A DNA stretch of 64,000 nt from Klebsormidium nitens. Lineage: Eukaryota; Plantae; Klebsormidiophyceae. The stretch's first letter is position 1; every line of letters starts with the position of its first letter. Below are positions 60,001 through 64,000 of the stretch, piece by piece. The notes under the pieces are model-generated. The model made no database searches, was not told the origin of the DNA, and saw only the letters and a list, made by a program, of their open reading frames with translations. Made by a program: the position numbers and the translations under genes. The stretch spans positions 1 through 64,000 of the forward strand of contig DF237398.1 of the NCBI GenBank assembly GCA_000708835.1, given 5' to 3'.

Positions 60001-61421
60001 AACGCTTTTCAAGGTCTTATTCTGAGATCATACCCCGGTTGCCTGACCCTCAACCACGTTCGACGCTCTTCTCCGCAGACGCACAAGGAGTACCTGCAGA
60101 CGCTACCCGTGGTCGACCGTCCGGAAGCGTTCGGACAGCACCCGAACGCGGACATCAGCTTCCAGATCAACGACTCGCGCGTCGTCCTGGAGAGCATCGT
60201 CAGCCTGCAGCCGCGCGCGAGCAGCGCCGCGGGCGGTCTCAGGCGGGAGGACATTGTCATGGCCATTGCAACAGATCTGCTGTCACAGGTCCGTTTTCAA
60301 TTCTTCATAAAGGTTGCCGGGCCTTCAGGAAGACTCAAGTGATGCTTTTGAGCTGACGGCAAAACGAACGGATTGAGATTCTTGTTTAAACGCTAGGTTG
60401 AGGGACAGTGGAAGAGCTGCAGATGATTGGGGCGACAGGCTGGGGCGGTCGTATCGGTGCGAAGAATGCTCGTAGCTGAGTCCACCAGCTTGCCCCTGCA
60501 AATAAACTGCCTCTTCTAGCTGGCAAACGCAGAATATGTTGAAGAGCAGGCACGAATCATAGTTTCTTCGATCCTTTTATCCTTTCTACACCTCAGGAAA
60601 TGCCCATAACCGCCTTTCCTCTGCGCGTGCAGGTCCCGGAGCCCATGAACCTGGAAGACGTCCAGAAGTTCAAGAAGGACGACCCCTCCGCCCTCCACGT
60701 GGTTCTCTTCCAAGAGATCGAGCGTTACAACGCCCTTCTACGTAACGTGCGCGCGAGCTGCGCCAACCTGCAAAAGGGGATCAAGGGTCTGGTCGTCATG
60801 TCCTCCGATTTGGACGACATTTTCGCAGCGCTCTTCGACGCGAAGGTGCCGCCTGCGTGGCTCAAGTGCTATCCCTCGCTTAAGCCCCTCGGCCCCTGGA
60901 CGCGCGACCTGGTCGCGCGCGTCGGCACGCTGCGCGCGTGGGCTGAGGGCACGTACCCCAACGTCTACTGGCTGTCCGGCTTTACGTACCCGACCGGGTT
61001 CCTAACCGCGGTTCTGCAGACCACCGCGCGGCGCAACGCGATCCCGATCGACACGCTGGGGTGGGAGTTCTCGGTCGTCGCGCGGCACGAGAAGGAGATC
61101 ACCGAGCCGCCCAAGGAGGGCGTTTACATCAAGGGCATGTACCTGGAAGGCGCGGGGTGGGACTACGACAGCAACTGCCTGTGTGAACCGGAGCCTATGG
61201 AGCTGATCGTACCCATGCCGATCATGCACTTCAAGCCGGTGGAGAATAAGCGCAAGACGGCCAAGGGAGTGTACGCGTGCCCGCTGTACATGTACCCGCT
61301 GCGGACGGGCACGCGCGAGCGTCCGAGTTATATGATCAGCGTGGATCTGCGGGCCGGGACAGTAGACGCGGATCATTGGATCAAAAGGGGGACGGCGCTG
61401 TTGCTGTCGCTCGCAACGTAG
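24007..61421 (+). CDS. DNAH2: Axonemal inner-arm dynein I1/f beta heavy chain (DNAH2 / Chlamydomonas DHC10-like), ~4524 aa, 59 exons
   Basis: Exons: 24007(or 24043)-24417, 24690-24803, 25388-25534, 25833-25952, 26650-26925, 27370-27837, 28319-28576, 28883-29128, 29473-29619, 29953-30075, 30396-30485, 31002-31205, 31655-31792, 32215-32523, 32919-33073, 33436-33615, 34125-34335, 34823-35080, 35419-35681, 36063-36231, 36954-37157, 37688-37964, 38325-38506, 38894-39190, 39578-39727, 40058-40207, 40613-40689, 40946-41059, 41271-41394, 41745-42005, 42410-42562, 42974-43180, 43674-44069, 44488-44661, 44952-45229, 45641-46175, 46704-46988, 47315-47803, 48161-48343, 48792-49018, 49373-49582, 50278-50500, 50895-50996, 51411-51614, 52120-52356, 52760-53050, 53586-53759, 54251-54451, 54821-55045, 55419-55553, 55919-56170, 56561-56856, 57173-57236, 57614-57834, 58155-58386, 58849-59073, 59491-59724, 60079-60288, 60633-61421 (13575 nt, phase-consistent). 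Contains a long two-headed-type N-terminal tail ([20 protein letters not shown]), four P-loops, stalk/MTBD, and a C-terminus with CPLYMYP...[40 protein letters not shown] and [24 protein letters not shown] match the I1-beta subtype as recalled. Confidence 0.95.
26509..26565 (+). repeat. Intronic decayed copy of dynein exon 5 acceptor and 5' end
   Basis: CCGCAG|GGCAATCTCTCAGTTGTGGGCATCCTTAAGCAAGCTCG...CTAGGCCC versus the true TTGCAG|GGCGTTCTCTCGATCGTGGGCATCCTCGAGCAAGCAAAG...CTAGGCCC at 26650. Confidence 0.8.
30876..30926 (+). repeat. Intronic decayed copy of dynein exon 12 acceptor and 5' end
   Basis: 40/45 nt identical to 31002-31046, preceded by TGTAG; TGG has become TGA. Confidence 0.9.
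31337..31385 (+). repeat. Intronic decayed copy of dynein exon 12 3' end and donor
   Basis: GTCTACGAGAGCGGCGACTCTGAGGCCAAGCAG|GTGCGCGCG versus the true GTCTACGAGAGCGGCGAGTTCGAGGCCAAGCAG|GTGCGCGCG ending at 31205. Confidence 0.9.
34432..34490 (+). repeat. Intronic decayed copy of dynein exon 17 3' end (donor mutated)
   Basis: GCTTCAAGCCGCTGCAGGACAAGTAAAAAACGCTGGAAAAGTCCGAAGCGGGTTAG versus the true GCTTCGAGCCGCTGCAGGACAAATACAAGACGCTCGAAAAGTTCGAG|GTGGGTTAG. Confidence 0.85.
36696..36884 (+). repeat. Two tandem decayed copies of dynein exon 21 acceptor and 5' end
   Basis: Copies start at 36696 and 36817; they are 59/66 and 58/66 nt identical to 36954-37019, each preceded by a CGCG..CAG acceptor. 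Confidence 0.92.
38509..38527 (+). repeat. (GC)9 dinucleotide run directly after a splice donor
   Basis: CAG|GTGCGCGCGCGCGCGCGCGCGTTT after exon 23. Confidence 0.9.
40208..40612 (+). other. Non-canonical GC-AG intron in the dynein gene
   Basis: The exon ends ...ATC AAG CAG|GCGAGT and the next starts CGCGCAG|GTC TTG TCG GTG TTC. Only this junction restores the conserved [17 protein letters not shown] sequence. Confidence 0.85.
41001..47764 (+). other. Dynein AAA1-AAA4 Walker A motifs
   Basis: P1 GPAGTGKT 41001-41024; P2 GKTGSGKS 43716-43739; P3 GNVGVGKT 45846-45869; P4 GVGGSGRK 47741-47764. Confidence 0.95.
46562..46610 (+). repeat. Near-identical intronic copy of dynein exon 37 acceptor and 5' end
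   Basis: 44/45 nt identical to 46704-46748, preceded by TCCCCCTGCAG. Confidence 0.93.
49973..50128 (+). repeat. Two decayed copies of dynein exon 42 acceptor and 5' end
   Basis: The copy at 49973 is 57/64 nt identical to 50278-50341; a shorter copy starts at 50088. Each has a pyrimidine tract plus CAG. Confidence 0.92.
51728..51771 (+). repeat. Intronic decayed copy of dynein exon 44 3' end
   Basis: AGCTGCTCAAACACAGCAAGGACCAGCTGTTGAGG versus the true AGCTGCTCAAGTACGACAAGGACCAGCTG|GTAGG. Confidence 0.75.
53173..53331 (+). repeat. Two decayed copies of dynein exon 46 3' end and donor
   Basis: GAGCTGGTTGAAGCGGACGTGGCTGGACCAG|GTGGG (~53181-53216) and a weaker GGAGCTGG...GACCAG|GTGC (~53308-53332), versus the true GAGCTGGTCAAGCGGACGTGGCTGGACCAG|GTGGG ending at 53050. 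Confidence 0.85.
54032..54192 (+). repeat. Two decayed copies of dynein exon 48 acceptor and 5' end, the second containing a (GCCAA)6 microsatellite at 54153-54182
   Basis: TTCCAG|GAGCCCAGCCAACAAGTGGATCGAAGAGCACGGAG and AAACCCCTCTTTTCCGCAG|GGCCAAGCCAAGCC..., versus the true AAACCCTTCTCTTCCGCAG|GGGCAAGCCAACAAGTGGGTGAAGAGCATGGAG at 54251. Confidence 0.88.
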
Positions 61422-63661
61422 GAAACCTGTACACTAATAGATGAAGTACCTAACGAAGATTTCGGAGTCATTATAAAATGTCGGGGCACACATGGGCGTC
61501 TCTTGATGTAATCCAGAGAAGAGGTACATGCTGGACACGTGCTTAATTAGAAAAGGAGTTAAGTTATAGATAGATGTTGACACTTTTGAAGTGCTCCTAT
61601 AAGTGTGTTTCTTGCCCGGCCGTTGCGAGTTGCAGACATGACAAGGTCGGATGGAAAAACACGGAGAATAGAATCTTTCGAAAAGTCGGCGTTGTATCTT
61701 AGGACGGCGCTTTCAGACGCAACCTAAGAAGTGTCGAAACGATCCTCAAAATGCCTCTCTGAATCATGCATTAGGTACATGATTGAATTGTTTTGTGTTC
61801 TTCTCGAAAGCTGGAAGTTGATGCAGGGATTAAGTGGATGAAGAAGAGCAAGACGCAATCTGCTGGTTGACGCATTTAAGAGGCGCGTCCAAACAGTACG
61901 GCCAACTCAATCGCAATTGGATGGCAGGCATGTCCATTTTTCGAAAATAGCATAGCGCTGGCCCTAAAACTTTAAACTTGTTGTATGCAAGCGCACTAAT
62001 TACCAGCCCAGTTGTGCTACTTATCTTCTGTCCTAATCTGAGTGTTCTGTATGTTGTCGAGGACTTTCACATCGCTCATCGATCCAATTATCCTCACAGC
62101 CGGAGCCCCATATCAAAATACCAATCGACTGACTGTTTTGCTGCATGTGGCCATTCCGCGTGCGTGAAACCTTTGGCAGTGCAGTACTGCACATACTCCA
62201 AGCTGCGCATAATATTTGAGCAATTTCGGCATTAGAAAGCTCCGTTTCGACTCGAGAGCATGAGCTTACTCCGAGCTGGCTCTTTGACTAGCAACTTTGA
62301 CAAGGTTCATGGCAATATCACTTCGCAACTTAAAGGCCGCGTACGAAGTACGCGTCCTCGCTAGATCTAAAAAGCATCGAAAGAAGAGAATTGTACTGCA
62401 AGAGACTCGGGCTGAAATGTCAAAGGGCAGCATACGAAGAGGTGTCAGATACGGCAGGTGCGGGCGGCCGCGGCTGCCTGCTCCATGCCTCAGTGTTTAG
62501 CTATGAAGCTTAGCTGACGCGTCGTATGCAATTTCAAAGACTCTGTGCGGTCTCACCCGAGTGCGTGTCTTCTAAATCGAGGACTGCTGCCGTTCCCTTT
62601 ATGAGGGCTTGTGTCACCTGTGAATGTTAATATTTAGCCTGCTGCATCATGTTCGACCGCTTCGATGGAACTGCAGGAAGCCACAGCTCCCAATCGACGT
62701 GCTAGTCGACGAGTAATCGGACGAGACTCATTCTGCCGACGTTAAAATAATCCTAATGCAGATCGCTGATCAGCGGCAACCACGCACCCCAACCTGAAGC
62801 ATTTCGAGTGACAAGCCCCCTAGCCCCCAGATACGGAAGAGTAACCGACGACGACTCAGCATCTCCGGAATTCTCGGAACTCTCGCTTGTCGTATTGATC
62901 ATAAAATATGATTCGTGTATCATGCCGCCTCGCTTCGAGCGAACACGCTGACGTGGTCATATACGCCAAAGAAAGCATACACTTGGCTTTCTCAGCAGCA
63001 AGGTCAAAAGTCATCTTCTGAAACCTTCAAGCCTATTGTAAGTTCACTACTCTTGCAGTAGCCCTGGAGGACTTCGCACAGACTTTGCATGACCTCTTCC
63101 GATGGGCATCCTCCCCAATTAATGTGTCCTAGGCCAGTCGATCAGACAAGCCAGCATGAAGGCATAACCTCGTCCCCTCGTTTTTCCCCCCATGTATGAC
63201 GCGCAGCTCAGACAGATCCTTCATCTAAGACGCTCCACTTCCCTGTCCGGGGAATGAAACGGGGGTTTTGTGGAGAAGCTGAGTGAAAGGTAGCCTTGGC
63301 ATCGGTCGAAGGATCATCGCTAGAAGCTTTGAAAAGGCAGCGCGTACGTTATTTTCAGAGAACTAAAGTTGCCTCCTTTCGAGACCCCACCAAAGCTCTG
63401 AGCTCCCAAGCGCCCTCCGAGATCAACGATCTCCGCGGGGGGGAATGTAAGACGAGAGGGCAGGAACTACCTTGAAGCTGCTCTGGAGATGCTTCAGTGA
63501 TGAGCTCATGTATCTTTCAGAAAAGACCAGCTGGTTGCGACTGCGAAGGCGGTCCTTTATCTTGGCTGTTAAGCGATCAGCTCTGAAGCTTTGACAGAGC
63601 TTCCGCCAGGACGAAAAGCTCGCTTAAGTTAACAAATGGTCGCATTAGCATGCTTCCACGC

Positions 63662-63766
63662 TTAGCAAGCTTTGCGCATATAGTCAGCCCAGGGTCGTCA
63701 GACCGTGCTTCTTTTTAGCAAGCTTTGCGCATACAGTCAGCCCAGGGTCTTCAAACCGTGCTTCTT
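63662..63766 (+). repeat. 53-bp tandem duplication (2 copies)
   Basis: TTAGCAAGCTTTGCGCATA(T/C)AGTCAGCCCAGGGTC(G/T)TCA(G/A)ACCGTGCTTCTT starting at 63662 and 63715; three substitutions. Confidence 0.9.
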
Positions 63767-64000
63767 GGAGCACGGCTACTCGCTTCAAAGGATGAATCAG
63801 AGCGGCTTGAACAGCTTCAGCATCTTTTACAACGAAAAACAAGGCCTTAATTAGAAAGGGAAGGTTTCCGTCTTCAAGGACCGAAGTTTAGATGTCAAGC
63901 TCAAAAGCAGCTTTTCAGGCTTTTTATCTGTCAGTCTGGAGGCGTCCTAAAACCGCGAAATTGAGCAGTTCGTGCTTTCAAACATCTTACGATGGGGACT

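Noticed and set aside
27129-61376. Numerous long antisense and alternate-frame ORFs overlapping dynein exons (e.g. 27129-27890, 45620-46222)
   Set aside because: Expected shadow ORFs from GC-rich codon usage with few stops on the opposite strand.
62297-63650. ORF 62297-62500 and minus-strand peptide fragments (GHINWGGCPSEEVMQSLCEVLQGYCK; SWRKLCQSFRADRLTAKIKDRLRSRNQLVF) as a gene entering from the right edge
   Set aside because: Could not assemble a phase-consistent model or recognise a domain; it needs the adjacent window or RNA-seq.
1-64000. tRNA, rRNA or intact transposable elements
   Set aside because: No cloverleaf/A-B box pattern, rRNA signature, RT/integrase/transposase motif or terminal repeat pair was seen by eye; small or degenerate elements could have been missed.

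Overview
Eukaryotic, intron-rich nuclear DNA with GC-rich exons. It is most consistent with a flagellate-capable streptophyte green alga such as Klebsormidium; this is inferred from a plant-type DUF266 glycosyltransferase, an SMT2-type sterol methyltransferase and an axonemal dynein. Six protein-coding genes were reconstructed by hand from splice signals and reading frame: an intronless F-box/LRR gene (-), a 9-exon Core-2/I-branching (DUF266/BC10-like) glycosyltransferase (-), an 18-exon WASH1 Arp2/3 activator (+), a 5-exon SMT2-type sterol C24-methyltransferase (+), a small uncharacterised 2-exon gene (-), and a 59-exon, ~4524-aa inner-arm dynein I1-beta heavy chain (DNAH2/DHC10-like, +, 24.0-61.4 kb). 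Three observations stand out. (1) A complete WASH1 with WAHD, proline-rich and VCA regions is present in a plant-lineage genome. (2) About a dozen decayed 'echo' copies of exon ends, including their splice sites, sit in the dynein introns. (3) Dynein introns show a strand asymmetry, with telomere-like G-rich motifs after donors and their C-rich complements before acceptors. No tRNA, rRNA, CRISPR array or clearly intact transposon was seen. Gene identities rest on recalled family motifs, not database searches.
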